Of a stretch of 64,000 nt of DNA, positions 20,747 through 30,011 are shown one piece after another. The position numbers and the translations under genes were made by a program. This DNA comes from Candidatus Methylomirabilia bacterium (GTDB lineage: Bacteria; Methylomirabilota; Methylomirabilia; Rokubacteriales; CSP1-6): positions 22,175 through 86,174 of the forward strand of contig JBGQEL010000008.1 in NCBI GenBank assembly GCA_041496385.1, in the 5' to 3' direction. The stretch's first letter is position 1. Every line of letters starts with the position of its first letter. Below the pieces are notes generated by a model. The model did no database searches. It saw nothing but the letters and a program-made list of their open reading frames with translations, and had not been told where the DNA came from.

Positions 20747-21121
20747 ATGCTGCTCCCGGAACAAGTGCAGCGGCTGTTTCACCTGGCACTGGTCGAGTTC
20801 GCGCCCGACTGGGAAGTCTCCGGCGCCGTCACGGAGCTGTCCCTGCACAACCCGGAACATTGGGTGTCCGGGCTCGGGACGTTCGGCCTCATCCTGAGAA
20901 GCCGCACCACGGGCCGCGTCAAGATCCTCGGACGGCGGACCGGCCAGATCCCGCACGCCGCCTACTACCGCGGTATCTCCTATCGAGTGCTGGAGGCGTA
21001 CGCTGATCGCATCGTCGATCCGATCCGTCGCTATTTCGAGGAGATCGGGATCCTTCCACCCTCGGAGTTCGCCTCACCGCCCCCGCGGCCCAGAATCGGG
21101 TCGCGCCTGAGGTACGCCTAG
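20747..21121 (+). CDS. Hypothetical protein
   Basis: Strong RBS AGGAGG, normal composition, own sigma-54 promoter; no family recognised. Confidence 0.7.
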   Translation: MLLPEQVQRLFHLALVEFAPDWEVSGAVTELSLHNPEHWVSGLGTFGLILRSRTTGRVKILGRRTGQIPHAAYYRGISYRVLEAYADRIVDPIRRYFEEIGILPPSEFASPPPRPRIGSRLRYA

Positions 21122-21149
21122 CCCGCTCCGCGCCGGCGGGGCGCCGCCG

Positions 21150-21896
21150 TCACGCCTCGAGCCGCGCGATGGCCCGGGGCAGATCGGCTAGGCGCGGGAT
21201 CGCCGCGTCGGGACGCTGCGCACCGAGCGCTTCGAGCGAGTGGCTCGTCACCTGGATCGTGCGCATCCCGGCTCCGCGCGCGCCCTTCACGTCGAGGATG
21301 TCGTCGTCGCCGACGTGCACGGCCGAGGCGGCCTCGCCCCCCACGGCGCGGAGCGTGAGCGCGAAGATCTCCGGATCGGGTTTCCGCACCCCCACCTCGT
21401 CGGAGAACGTCGTGTGCTTGAAGCACCCGAGGAGCCGGTAGCGTTCGAGGACCTTCCGGAGCGTGGCGCCAGGCGTGCGCATGGTGTTCGACACGAGCGC
21501 GAGCGTGTAGCCGCGCGCCGCGAGCGTCTCGAGCGCCGCGAGCGCGCCCTCGTCCACCGCCGGCGGGACCAGCAACGCGGGACGCGAATAGGCGTCCACG
21601 AGCATCGTCATGACCTCCGCGGTGACCCGCGCCGGGAGCTGCCGGTCGAGCGCCGTGAGGATCGCGCGAACGTGGTCGCCGACGGGCACGTCGCGCTGGC
21701 GGCTCCAGACCAGCGCGAGGAACACCCCCGACTCGTCGTAGGCGCGATCGAGCTGGCCCGACGAGACGCGCTCTCCCGCGGCGGCCAGGATCTTCGCGAA
21801 ATCGGCCATGCGGCGCTTCTTGTAGCGATTGTCGCTCGCGGGGCCGTCGACCAGGAGCGTGCCCCAGAAGTCGAGCGTGATCGTGCGGAACTTCAG
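21150..21896 (-). CDS. HAD-family hydrolase
   Basis: LDFWGTL, VSNT, RKPDPEIF, HVGDD...DV.GA; probable CTG start overlapping upstream stop. Confidence 0.85.
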   Translation of the reverse strand: MKFRTITLDFWGTLLVDGPASDNRYKKRRMADFAKILAAAGERVSSGQLDRAYDESGVFLALVWSRQRDVPVGDHVRAILTALDRQLPARVTAEVMTMLVDAYSRPALLVPPAVDEGALAALETLAARGYTLALVSNTMRTPGATLRKVLERYRLLGCFKHTTFSDEVGVRKPDPEIFALTLRAVGGEAASAVHVGDDDILDVKGARGAGMRTIQVTSHSLEALGAQRPDAAIPRLADLPRAIARLEA

Positions 21897-22666
21897 GGCC
21901 GGTCCTCCCACCGGGGCGCGCGTTTCTCGAGGTAGGCGCTCATCCCCTCGCGCGGCTCGCCCGTCGCGTAGGCCGCGACGAAGGCGTCGATCCCGCAGCG
22001 CACGGCGCTGCCGAGATCGGTCGCGCGCCAGCGGACGATCAGCTCCTTCTGCAGGCGCACGGCGTCGGGCCCGCACGCGAGGATCCTCGCCGCGAGCGCC
22101 TCGGCCGCCGCGCGGAGGCGCTCGAGGGGAACGACCTCGTTCACGAGCCCCCAGTCCAGCGCCCGCTCCGCCGTGACCGGCGCCCCGGTGAGGAGCAGCT
22201 CGGCGGCCCGGCCGGGCCCGACGAGCGGCGGCAGGAGCGCCGCCTGGATCACGGACGGGATACCGACGCGCACCTCGGGGAGGCCGAGCGGCGCGCCGGC
22301 GGCGGCGATGCGCAGGTCGCACGCGAGCGCCAGCTCGAAGCCGGCGCCGAGGCACGGGCCGTTGATCGCGGCGATCACGGGGAACGGCGCCCGGTGGACC
22401 GCGGCGATCGCGTCGTGGAGGCCGGCGATCAGCTCGCGGGCGCCCGCGGCGTCCAGCTCGCGCAGCACGCGGACGTCCATGCCCGCCGTGAACGCCCGAC
22501 CGTGGCCCGTGACGACGACGACACGGACCGCGCGGTCCGACGCCAGCGTCTCGAACGTCCCGCGGATCTCACGAATCAGCCCGGGCTCGAGGAGGTTGAG
22601 CGGCGACCGATCGAGCGTGCACCAGACCGTCCCGCCCGCCCGGTGGACGGCGAGCGGACCGCCCAT
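21893..22666 (-). CDS. Enoyl-CoA hydratase/isomerase
   Basis: AFTAGMD, AAINGPCLGAGFELALACD, LPEVRVG. Confidence 0.9.
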   Translation of the reverse strand: MGGPLAVHRAGGTVWCTLDRSPLNLLEPGLIREIRGTFETLASDRAVRVVVVTGHGRAFTAGMDVRVLRELDAAGARELIAGLHDAIAAVHRAPFPVIAAINGPCLGAGFELALACDLRIAAAGAPLGLPEVRVGIPSVIQAALLPPLVGPGRAAELLLTGAPVTAERALDWGLVNEVVPLERLRAAAEALAARILACGPDAVRLQKELIVRWRATDLGSAVRCGIDAFVAAYATGEPREGMSAYLEKRAPRWEDRP

Positions 22667-22667
22667 C

Positions 22668-22985
22668 TTAGTACCGGCGCATCCGGGGGTCGATGACCCG
22701 CGCCCAGTGGTCGAGGCCGCCGGCCAGGTTCCGCACGGTCTTGAACCCGAGGGACCGGAGGTACTCGGCGACCGCCGCGCTGCGCACACCCTGGTGGCAG
22801 TAGACGACGATGTCGTCCTCGGGGTTCAGCTCGTCGGTCCGGACCTCGATCTCCTCGATCGGGATGTGGACCGCATTCTCGAGACGGCAGAGCTTCGTCT
22901 CCCAGTCCTGCCGCACGTCGAGCAGCAGCGGGCGCTCGCTGCGGTCGAGCCGCGCCTTGAGGTCCTGGGGCGTGATCTCGTCCAT
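22668..22985 (-). CDS. Rhodanese-like sulfurtransferase
   Basis: LLDVR, VYCHQGVRS, NLAGGLDHW. Confidence 0.88.
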   Translation of the reverse strand: MDEITPQDLKARLDRSERPLLLDVRQDWETKLCRLENAVHIPIEEIEVRTDELNPEDDIVVYCHQGVRSAAVAEYLRSLGFKTVRNLAGGLDHWARVIDPRMRRY

Positions 22986-22994
22986 CTCGGCTCC

Positions 22995-23846
22995 CTAGCG
23001 TGGCGCCGGGCGCGCCACGAGGAACTCGGCGAGCCAGCCGTTCACCCGGCCGGCGTGCTCGAGGTGGGGAAAGTGGCCGCACTCGTCCACCCAGCGCACG
23101 GCGGCGTTGGGCAGGGCCTCGGCGATCTCGGCGCCGTGGGCCGGCGGCGCCACGCGGTCCTGCCGGCCGTGGATCACCAGGACGGGCAGGTCGAGCGTGG
23201 CGAGCGCGCGCCGATAGTCCTCGCGGTGCGCCTCGAACTCGGGCCGCACGTGGCGCAGCGTCGCGAGATACGCCTGCCGCGCCTCGGGGGACGTCCGCGC
23301 CGCGTACTCGTGATCCACGAAGAAGTCCACCTCGGCGCGCACGGGCCGGTGGAAGCAGCGCGCGAGGGCCGCCTTGTAGAGCGCGGCCGACGCGGCGAGC
23401 GCGAGCGCCTCGCCGACGCCGGGGAGCGCGACGAGCCGATAGATCCACGAGGGGCGGAACGAGAAGCCTGGAACGACGCCGCCGACCAGCGCGAGCCGGT
23501 CCACGCGCGCGGGATGCGTCAGCGCGTAGGTGACGACGACGGCGCCGCCGAGCGAGTGGCCCACGAGCGAAGCCTGCCGGAGACCGAGGGCCTCGAGGAA
23601 ACCGTGGAGCGCGCGGGCGAAGAAGGCGAGCCGGTACTGGACGCGGGGCTTGGCCGAGGTCCCGAAGCCGGGCAGGTCGAGCGCGTACACGGTCGCGCGG
23701 CGCGCGAGAGGCGCCATGTTGTGCCGCCACGATTCCGCAAATCCGCCGAGACCGTGCACGAGCACGACGGCGGGGCCGCGACCCTCGACGACGTAGTGGA
23801 GCGCGAGGCCGTCCACCTCGCCGCCTCGGAGCCGGATCTCTGGCAT
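22995..23846 (-). CDS. Alpha/beta-fold hydrolase
   Basis: HGLGG, DLPGFG, GHSLGG, GHFPHLE. Confidence 0.9.
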   Translation of the reverse strand: MPEIRLRGGEVDGLALHYVVEGRGPAVVLVHGLGGFAESWRHNMAPLARRATVYALDLPGFGTSAKPRVQYRLAFFARALHGFLEALGLRQASLVGHSLGGAVVVTYALTHPARVDRLALVGGVVPGFSFRPSWIYRLVALPGVGEALALAASAALYKAALARCFHRPVRAEVDFFVDHEYAARTSPEARQAYLATLRHVRPEFEAHREDYRRALATLDLPVLVIHGRQDRVAPPAHGAEIAEALPNAAVRWVDECGHFPHLEHAGRVNGWLAEFLVARPAPR

Positions 23847-23850
23847 GGGG

Positions 23851-24870
23851 CTATGATTCTACCAGACCACCTCCGCCGAGACGCCGGCTCAGGGACTGGC
23901 GGAACGGGAAGATGCTGAAGACACCACCCGTGTGGACGAAGCAGATGCGCGTGCCCAGGGCGCGTGGGTCGCGGCGGAGCCGGTCGAGGAGCCCGGCGAA
24001 CGCCTTGGCGGTGTAGACGGGATCGAGGATGATGCCTTCCGTGCGCGCGACGCGCACCACCGTGTCGAGCTCCGCGTCGCGCACCTCCGCGCGCCCGACG
24101 CCCTGGTAGCCGTCGAGCAGCGCGATCGTCTCCGGCACCTCGACGGGAAGCGCATAGCGCCGCCGCGCCTCGCCGATGATGCGCGCCACGTACTCGCGGA
24201 CGCGCGCGGCCTCCCACGCGATCGGAATGCTCACGATCTCGGCGCGGAGACCGTAGAGCTGCTTCGCCATCAGGAGGCCGGCCTGGCTCCCACCGCTGAA
24301 CGCGGTGATCACGATCGTGTCGAAGTCGGGCGCGCCGTGGCGAATCTGCTGGGCGATCTCCTCCCCGCACGCGACGTAGCCGAGGGCGCCGGCGACCGTC
24401 GCGCCGCTCTCCGGGATCACGTAGGGCGTGCCGCCGCGCGTCCGGACACGCGCCGCGAGCCCCTCCAGCACCTCGTCGATCCGTGCCCACTCGGCGTCGG
24501 AGCAGTAGCGGACGTCGGCGCCAAGCAGGCGGCCCAGGAGCAGGTTGCCGTCGAGCTCCTCGGGCGGGGCGCCCTTGAGCGCGAGGATCGCCTTGAGTCC
24601 GAGGCGCGCGGCGACCGCGGCGACGGTGCGGCAGCAGTTCGACTGCAGCGTGCCGCAGGTGATCAGCGTGTCGGCCCGCTGGGCGAAGGCCTCGCCGAGA
24701 AGGAACTCGAGCTTCCGGATCTTGTTGCCCGTCTCGAGCAGGCCCGTCAGGTCGTCGCGCTTCACCCACAGCTCGACGCCGAGCTCCGCGGACAGGCGCT
24801 CGAGCTTGAGGAGCGGCGTGGGCGCATTGGCGAGCTCGACGCGGGGGATCGGCGGGGCGCCCGTCACCAT
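23851..24870 (-). CDS. D-cysteine desulfhydrase / ACC deaminase family (PLP)
   Basis: KRDDLTG, GNKIRKL, QSN, LDPVYTAKA, HTGG. Confidence 0.88.
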   Translation of the reverse strand: MVTGAPPIPRVELANAPTPLLKLERLSAELGVELWVKRDDLTGLLETGNKIRKLEFLLGEAFAQRADTLITCGTLQSNCCRTVAAVAARLGLKAILALKGAPPEELDGNLLLGRLLGADVRYCSDAEWARIDEVLEGLAARVRTRGGTPYVIPESGATVAGALGYVACGEEIAQQIRHGAPDFDTIVITAFSGGSQAGLLMAKQLYGLRAEIVSIPIAWEAARVREYVARIIGEARRRYALPVEVPETIALLDGYQGVGRAEVRDAELDTVVRVARTEGIILDPVYTAKAFAGLLDRLRRDPRALGTRICFVHTGGVFSIFPFRQSLSRRLGGGGLVES

Positions 24871-24882
24871 GTTTTCACTATC

Positions 24883-25827
24883 TCAGGCGAACAGGTCGGG
24901 AGGCAAGGAATCAGAGGGCAGGCCGAGGAGCCGCTTCATCATCAGGGCGTTGCGTACCGGGTAGTCACGGTTGTTGTTGTTGAAGGAGATGAAGACCTGC
25001 GCCGCCTCGTCGGCCACCCGCTCGACCTCGGGGACCAGCTCCGCCAGCTCGGCCTCGCTGTAGAGATAGTCGTACTTCTCTCTCACCGCGGGCGCCTCGC
25101 CCCGGAGCTGGCTGAGCCACCCCTCGGCGTTACGCCCGTGCAGGCGGAAGACCGCCGTCGGCGCCGTGGCCGTCGTCACCCTCGGCATCGCGTTGCGCGT
25201 CGCCGGCGCGTCTACGATCACGTGGGCCAGGCGCGCGGCCCGGAGCGCCCCGAGCGTCTCGGCCGCGTGCTCGGGATACCAGGAGCGATGGCGAAACTCG
25301 ACCGCGATCGCCCGGCCGGGGAGCCGCGCGGGCAACGAGGCGAGGTACTCGAGGCGCGCGACGTCGAAGTGGACCCACGGCGCGAGCTGGAACAGGACGT
25401 AGCCGAGCTTGCCGGCGGCCGCGATCGGCTCGACGGCCGCGCCGAAGAGCCGGAACGTCGCGTCCAGGGCCTCGGGCGGGAAGCTCGACGCGTCGATCTC
25501 CCCGCGGCGCGTGAGCGCGGGATGCCGCGGCAGGAGCCCCTGTACCTCGGCGGGCAGGCTCTCGCGCCGCGGATGGTGTCCCGTCATGAGCGCGTACGCC
25601 TTGACATGGAAGAGGAAGCCCGGCGGCGTGCGCTCGACCCAGCGGAGCGTGTTCCGGACGTCGGGAATGGCGTAGTAGGAGCTGTTCACCTCGACCGCGT
25701 CGAAGACGCCCGCGTAGAAGCGCAGGCGCGCCTCGGCCGACATGGACTTCGTCGGATAGAACCCGCGGCTCTCGATGAGCGCCGGGTCGGCCCACGCGCA
25801 GATCCCGACGCGGACGCGCTCGCGCAG
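24883..25827 (-). CDS. DUF72 family protein
   Basis: VGICAW, VEVNSSYY, LFQL, EFRH, RLHGRN, YLYS, FNN; conserved N-terminus extends upstream of the ATG at 25743 to a CTG. Confidence 0.85.
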   Translation of the reverse strand: MRERVRVGICAWADPALIESRGFYPTKSMSAEARLRFYAGVFDAVEVNSSYYAIPDVRNTLRWVERTPPGFLFHVKAYALMTGHHPRRESLPAEVQGLLPRHPALTRRGEIDASSFPPEALDATFRLFGAAVEPIAAAGKLGYVLFQLAPWVHFDVARLEYLASLPARLPGRAIAVEFRHRSWYPEHAAETLGALRAARLAHVIVDAPATRNAMPRVTTATAPTAVFRLHGRNAEGWLSQLRGEAPAVREKYDYLYSEAELAELVPEVERVADEAAQVFISFNNNNRDYPVRNALMMKRLLGLPSDSLPPDLFA

Positions 25828-25828
25828 G

Positions 25829-27409
25829 CTAGACGATCTTCTCGTAGACGCCCGGCGGGATGACGCGATACACGTGGATCGGCTGCGAGACGTTCTTGAA
25901 CGTCCGCTCGCCGAGGCTCTCGAGGACGAAGTGCTGGCGGATCCGCGAGGCCGTCGTCGGGCCCACGATGATCTCGCCGCCCTGCGCCGAGCCCGCGAAG
26001 CGGGCGGCGACGTTGGTCGTCGGGCCCGTGGCGGTGAAGGTCCAGCGCTGGGCCGCGCCCGCGCCGAGCTTCGTCGCGCCGACGAGCGCCTCGCCCGTGT
26101 TGATCCCCATGTGGAGCTGGACGGCCGGGAACATGCCGCCGTACTCCTCGTTCAGGCGCTGGGTCTGCTGGTGGATCGCGAAGGCGGCACGCGTCGCGTT
26201 GACCGCGTGGTCCGTCCCGCCGCGATCGGACTGGAAGATCACCATGAGGCCGTCGCCGGCGGTCTCGTTCACGTCGCCGTGCTGTCCCTGGATGATCTCC
26301 AGGTAGCTCGAGAAATACGTCTGCACGAGCTGGTTGAGCTTGCGGGCCTCGAGCTGCTCGGAGAGCTTCGTGTAGCCGGCGATGTCGAGGAAGAGCACCG
26401 ACACCTCGACGGTCTTCTTCTCGAGCTCCGTCGCGTTCGGATTCTGCTCGAGCAGGCGCTTCACCGCCTCCGGCACGAACTTCGCGAGCTCGCCCTTGAG
26501 CTGCTCGAGCAGCTCGAGCCGCTTGCGCGACTCCTGGAGGTTGTGCAGCGCGCCATCGAGCTCGGTGTTCTTGGTCGCGAGGTCGTCGTGGGCCCGGGCG
26601 AGGCGCGACGTCATCTCGTTGAAGGCGGCGCCGAGCTCACCGATCTCGTCGCGCGCGCCCTCGGCCGCGCGCACGGTGAAGTCGCCCTCGCCCACCCGGC
26701 GCGCGGTCGCCGCGAGCGCCGCGATCGGCCGGACGACGACCGAGCGCATCGCGACCGTCAGGACCCCGGCGGCGGAGAAGATCGTCAGGATGCCGATCAA
26801 GACCTGGCGGTTGCGGTGACGGCGCACCTCGGCGAAGACGGGCTCCATCGACGTCGCGACGCGGACCACCGCCCGCACCTTGTGGTCGCTGCCGTGGCAG
26901 TCCTGACACGCGTCGCGGTTCGGGATCGGATAGTGAAGCGTGAAGAGCGAGGCGTTCGCCTCGACCTCGACGGACTCCTGCGTCTTCTGCGTCTCGAGCG
27001 CCTGCGCGAAGAGCGGCCCGCTCATCCGGGCGCCCGGCGCCCGCTGCATGCGCGACAGCGCCTCCATGACCTCGGGCGAGAGGTTGCCCGTCTTCGCGAC
27101 CTCGGTCGCCGTCGCGAGATCGGTGAACGCCTCGACGCCGTTCCGGCGATAAATCGTGACCCCCTGGATCGGCGACGAGGCGCGGAGCTCCTGGAGCATC
27201 TGGCGCGTCACGTCGGGGCGCCCCTGGAGCATCGCGCCCTCGATGGAGGCCACGAGAGTCGCGGTGAGGCGCCGCGCGGCGACCTTGTTCTGCTCGACGA
27301 GCGCGGCGGACTCGCGCTGGATCGTGACGAGGGTGGAGACGCCGAACCCGAGGATCAGGACGGCCACGATCAGGAGTCCGATCTTGATCGCGAGGCGGGA
27401 GCGGAACAT
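25829..27409 (-). CDS. Class III nucleotidyl cyclase with periplasmic CxxCH sensor and HAMP domain
   Basis: Two TM helices, CQDCH, HAMP (DEIGELGAAFNEM), cyclase FLDIAGYT / ETAGDG / NVAAR. Confidence 0.88.
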   Translation of the reverse strand: MFRSRLAIKIGLLIVAVLILGFGVSTLVTIQRESAALVEQNKVAARRLTATLVASIEGAMLQGRPDVTRQMLQELRASSPIQGVTIYRRNGVEAFTDLATATEVAKTGNLSPEVMEALSRMQRAPGARMSGPLFAQALETQKTQESVEVEANASLFTLHYPIPNRDACQDCHGSDHKVRAVVRVATSMEPVFAEVRRHRNRQVLIGILTIFSAAGVLTVAMRSVVVRPIAALAATARRVGEGDFTVRAAEGARDEIGELGAAFNEMTSRLARAHDDLATKNTELDGALHNLQESRKRLELLEQLKGELAKFVPEAVKRLLEQNPNATELEKKTVEVSVLFLDIAGYTKLSEQLEARKLNQLVQTYFSSYLEIIQGQHGDVNETAGDGLMVIFQSDRGGTDHAVNATRAAFAIHQQTQRLNEEYGGMFPAVQLHMGINTGEALVGATKLGAGAAQRWTFTATGPTTNVAARFAGSAQGGEIIVGPTTASRIRQHFVLESLGERTFKNVSQPIHVYRVIPPGVYEKIV

Positions 27410-27643
27410 CCGGGGCCGATCCTATCACGGCAGAGGAGCCCGCTAACCCCGCGCCAGATCAGGCGCTCTGGGCGGGGTGTCAGCGTCCTGACACCGCCCG
27501 TAGTGGATAACCGGAATTCGGCTCCATCCTGTTGCGTAACACGACGCGTCGTGCGATACTCCCCTCACTTCATCTTTTCCTTCCTTCGATCTCAGTAAAA
27601 ACAAAACAAGTTCCGGAAGCCGACACAGCAAGGAGGAAACTCT

Positions 27644-28291
27644 ATGAGCAGACTCAGCAGAGTGCTCGCGAGCCTGGCGGTGATCGTGGCGATCGCGGTT
27701 GGCGGCAGCTTCCTCACGCGCCAGGTCATCGCCGTCGCAGGAGAAGCCGACGCCGAGCGGCTCAACCGCGCGATTCTCTCGTATGTCGCGGAGCGGAACC
27801 CCAACGCGCCGATCAAGCCGTTCCAGCGGTTCCCCGAGGTGCTCGTCACCGAGGCGCAGCGCGCCAGCGTGGATCACTGCCTCATCCTCGCGCAGGCCGA
27901 CGTCGAGTCGGAGTTCAAGCAGGACGCGGTCGGCAGCGCGGGCGAGGTCGGTCTCTTCCAGATCCTGCCGTCCACCGCGGCGCTCTTCGAGCCGAGCCTG
28001 GGCAAGTTCAAGCGTCCCGTGCTGAAGGGCCAGCGCGACCTCGGCGACCTCGCCGATCCGGTCGTCAGCACCCGCTTCGCGATGGCCTACCTGCGCGACA
28101 TCCTGAACCGCAAGCCCAACATCAAGGACGCGCTCACCGAATACAACGGCGGGCCGGCCGGGCGCCACTCGCACTACTACCGGATGGTGATGGGCGCGTA
28201 CGTCGAGGTGCTCGAACGGCCGGAGCTCCGGTGCCGCTTCCAGGCGACGCCGAAGCGGCCGCCGATGCTGGCGCTGCTCACGCGCGCATAA
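27644..28291 (+). CDS. Lytic transglycosylase (SLT domain), N-terminally anchored
   Basis: VESEF, GEVGLFQI, EYNGG; AAGGAGG RBS. Confidence 0.85.
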   Translation: MSRLSRVLASLAVIVAIAVGGSFLTRQVIAVAGEADAERLNRAILSYVAERNPNAPIKPFQRFPEVLVTEAQRASVDHCLILAQADVESEFKQDAVGSAGEVGLFQILPSTAALFEPSLGKFKRPVLKGQRDLGDLADPVVSTRFAMAYLRDILNRKPNIKDALTEYNGGPAGRHSHYYRMVMGAYVEVLERPELRCRFQATPKRPPMLALLTRA

Positions 28292-28754
28292 ACACGAACC
28301 GCCCCCGCGCCGTCGCGAGCACCTCCGCGGTGGCCAGGGTCTCGATGCGTCCCTGGACGTCCGCGTAGCGGCCGTGGTCGGTGACGAGCTGCGCGAGGCC
28401 CAGGAGCGGCGTCTCGGGCGGCACGGGCCTCACGTAGCGCACCGTCAGCTCGCCGGTGACGGCCAGACGGCCCGTGCCCCGGACGACGGCTCCGGCGAGA
28501 ATCTCGTCGAGGTACGCCGCCACGATCCCGCCGTGCGTCGCGCCGGGCGGGCCCTCGTACCGCCGCTCGATCAGGAGGGGGGAGACGACGCCGGCATCCG
28601 CCCTGAAACATCGCACGCGCAGGCCGCTCGGGTGGCCGGGCCCGCAGCCGAAGCACCTCGCATAGACGTCGTCGGGGCGCGTCGCCGCGCGCTGCTCCTC
28701 GAGCCCGGCGAAGCGCTCGCGGAACACCTCGGGCAGCGGCTCGGGCGTGAACAT
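28278..28754 (-). CDS. PaaI-family thioesterase
   Basis: CFGCG, HGGIVAAYLDE, LTVRYVRPVP. Confidence 0.85.
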   Translation of the reverse strand: MFTPEPLPEVFRERFAGLEEQRAATRPDDVYARCFGCGPGHPSGLRVRCFRADAGVVSPLLIERRYEGPPGATHGGIVAAYLDEILAGAVVRGTGRLAVTGELTVRYVRPVPPETPLLGLAQLVTDHGRYADVQGRIETLATAEVLATARGRFVFMRA

Positions 28755-28768
28755 CGGGCGACGCGCGG

Positions 28769-29050
28769 CTACGCGAGCGCCGCGTCGATCTCGCGCGCGA
28801 GGGCGAAATCCCTGGCGGTGATTCCGCCCTCGGAGTGGGTCCAGAGCGCGAGGGTCACCGTCGCGTAGTGGATGGCGATGTCGGGATGATGGCCGGCGCG
28901 CTCGGCGAGGGCCGCGACACCGTTGACGAAGAACATCGCCTCCTTGAAGCCCGGGAACCCGTAGGCTTTCTCGATCGCCTTGCCACGCACGACCCAGCCG
29001 GGGGTCCGCGCGAGCTCGGCCTTCACGTCCTCGTCGCCCAGGGCGCTCAT
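28769..29050 (-). CDS. Pterin-4a-carbinolamine dehydratase
   Basis: AERAGHHPDI, WTHSEGGITARD. Confidence 0.88.
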   Translation of the reverse strand: MSALGDEDVKAELARTPGWVVRGKAIEKAYGFPGFKEAMFFVNGVAALAERAGHHPDIAIHYATVTLALWTHSEGGITARDFALAREIDAALA

Positions 29051-29970
29051 GCGCGTGCGAGCTTCTGCAGGGAGCGCATCTCGCGGGGCGGGTCCAGCGT
29101 CTTGCCGCGGGCCGTCCATGACACCTCGGCCACGTAGAGGTCGCCGCGCGAGTCCACGACGCAGCCGTGCGGCGCGATGAACTCGCCCGGCGCCTCGCCG
29201 AGGAATCGGCCGCCGACGCGCGCGACGAGGTCGCCCTTCGGCGTGAGGACACTCACCCGCGCCCCGAGGTTCGGCACCGTCTCGTTCACGGGGAGGTGCG
29301 TCGGGAGCTCGCCGACGTAGATGAGGCCGCCGTTCCGGCGCTCGCAGAAGAGCCCGCAGGGCCGGTGCAGGTTGTTGAGCTGGGTCAGGTACCGTCCCGT
29401 ACCGTCGAAGACCTGCACGCGGTGGTTCTCGCGGTCGGCGACGTAGACGAGGCCGTCGGCGTCCGTCGCGATGTTGTGCGGGATGTTGAAGCACCCGGGG
29501 TCCGTGCCGGGTTCGCCCCAGGAGACCAGGTGCCGGCCCTTCGGGTCGAACTTGTGGACCCGGGAGTTGCCGTAGCCGTCGGAGACGTAGACGTCGCCGG
29601 ACTTCGGGCAGAGCGCGACGTGGGTCGGCCGGTTGAACGGCTTGCCGCCGTGGAGCGTGGAGGCCCGGTCGGGGTCACCGATCGTGAGCAGCAGCTTCCC
29701 GTCCGCCGTGAACTGGCGGATCGTGTGATGCAGGTCGTCGGTGAGCCAGAGCGTGCCGTCGGGGCCGATCGTGATGCCGTGGGCCCGGCGGAAAACGCCC
29801 TCGCCCCAGGAGCGCAGAAATGTCCCGTCGCGATCGAAGACGATCACGGGATGCGCGCCGCGGTTGAAGACGTACACGTTGTCCTTCTGGTCGACCGCCA
29901 CGCTCGTGGCCTCGACGTACGACCATCCCTCGGGCAGACGCCCCCATCCCTCGATCGGTCGGTAGATCAT
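29047..29970 (-). CDS. NHL-repeat / PAL-like beta-propeller protein
   Basis: Repeats HGITI, VSDGYGNSRV, PHNIA..YVADRENHRVQ, PHG. Confidence 0.85.
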   Translation of the reverse strand: MIYRPIEGWGRLPEGWSYVEATSVAVDQKDNVYVFNRGAHPVIVFDRDGTFLRSWGEGVFRRAHGITIGPDGTLWLTDDLHHTIRQFTADGKLLLTIGDPDRASTLHGGKPFNRPTHVALCPKSGDVYVSDGYGNSRVHKFDPKGRHLVSWGEPGTDPGCFNIPHNIATDADGLVYVADRENHRVQVFDGTGRYLTQLNNLHRPCGLFCERRNGGLIYVGELPTHLPVNETVPNLGARVSVLTPKGDLVARVGGRFLGEAPGEFIAPHGCVVDSRGDLYVAEVSWTARGKTLDPPREMRSLQKLARA

Positions 29971-30011
29971 GCGATGAGCCTCCTCGCTCGGATGGTGGCC
30001 GCCGCCGCCGG

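Noticed and set aside
27515..27536. Sigma-54 promoter before the transglycosylase
   Set aside because: GG-to-GC spacing is 12 nt rather than the required 10.
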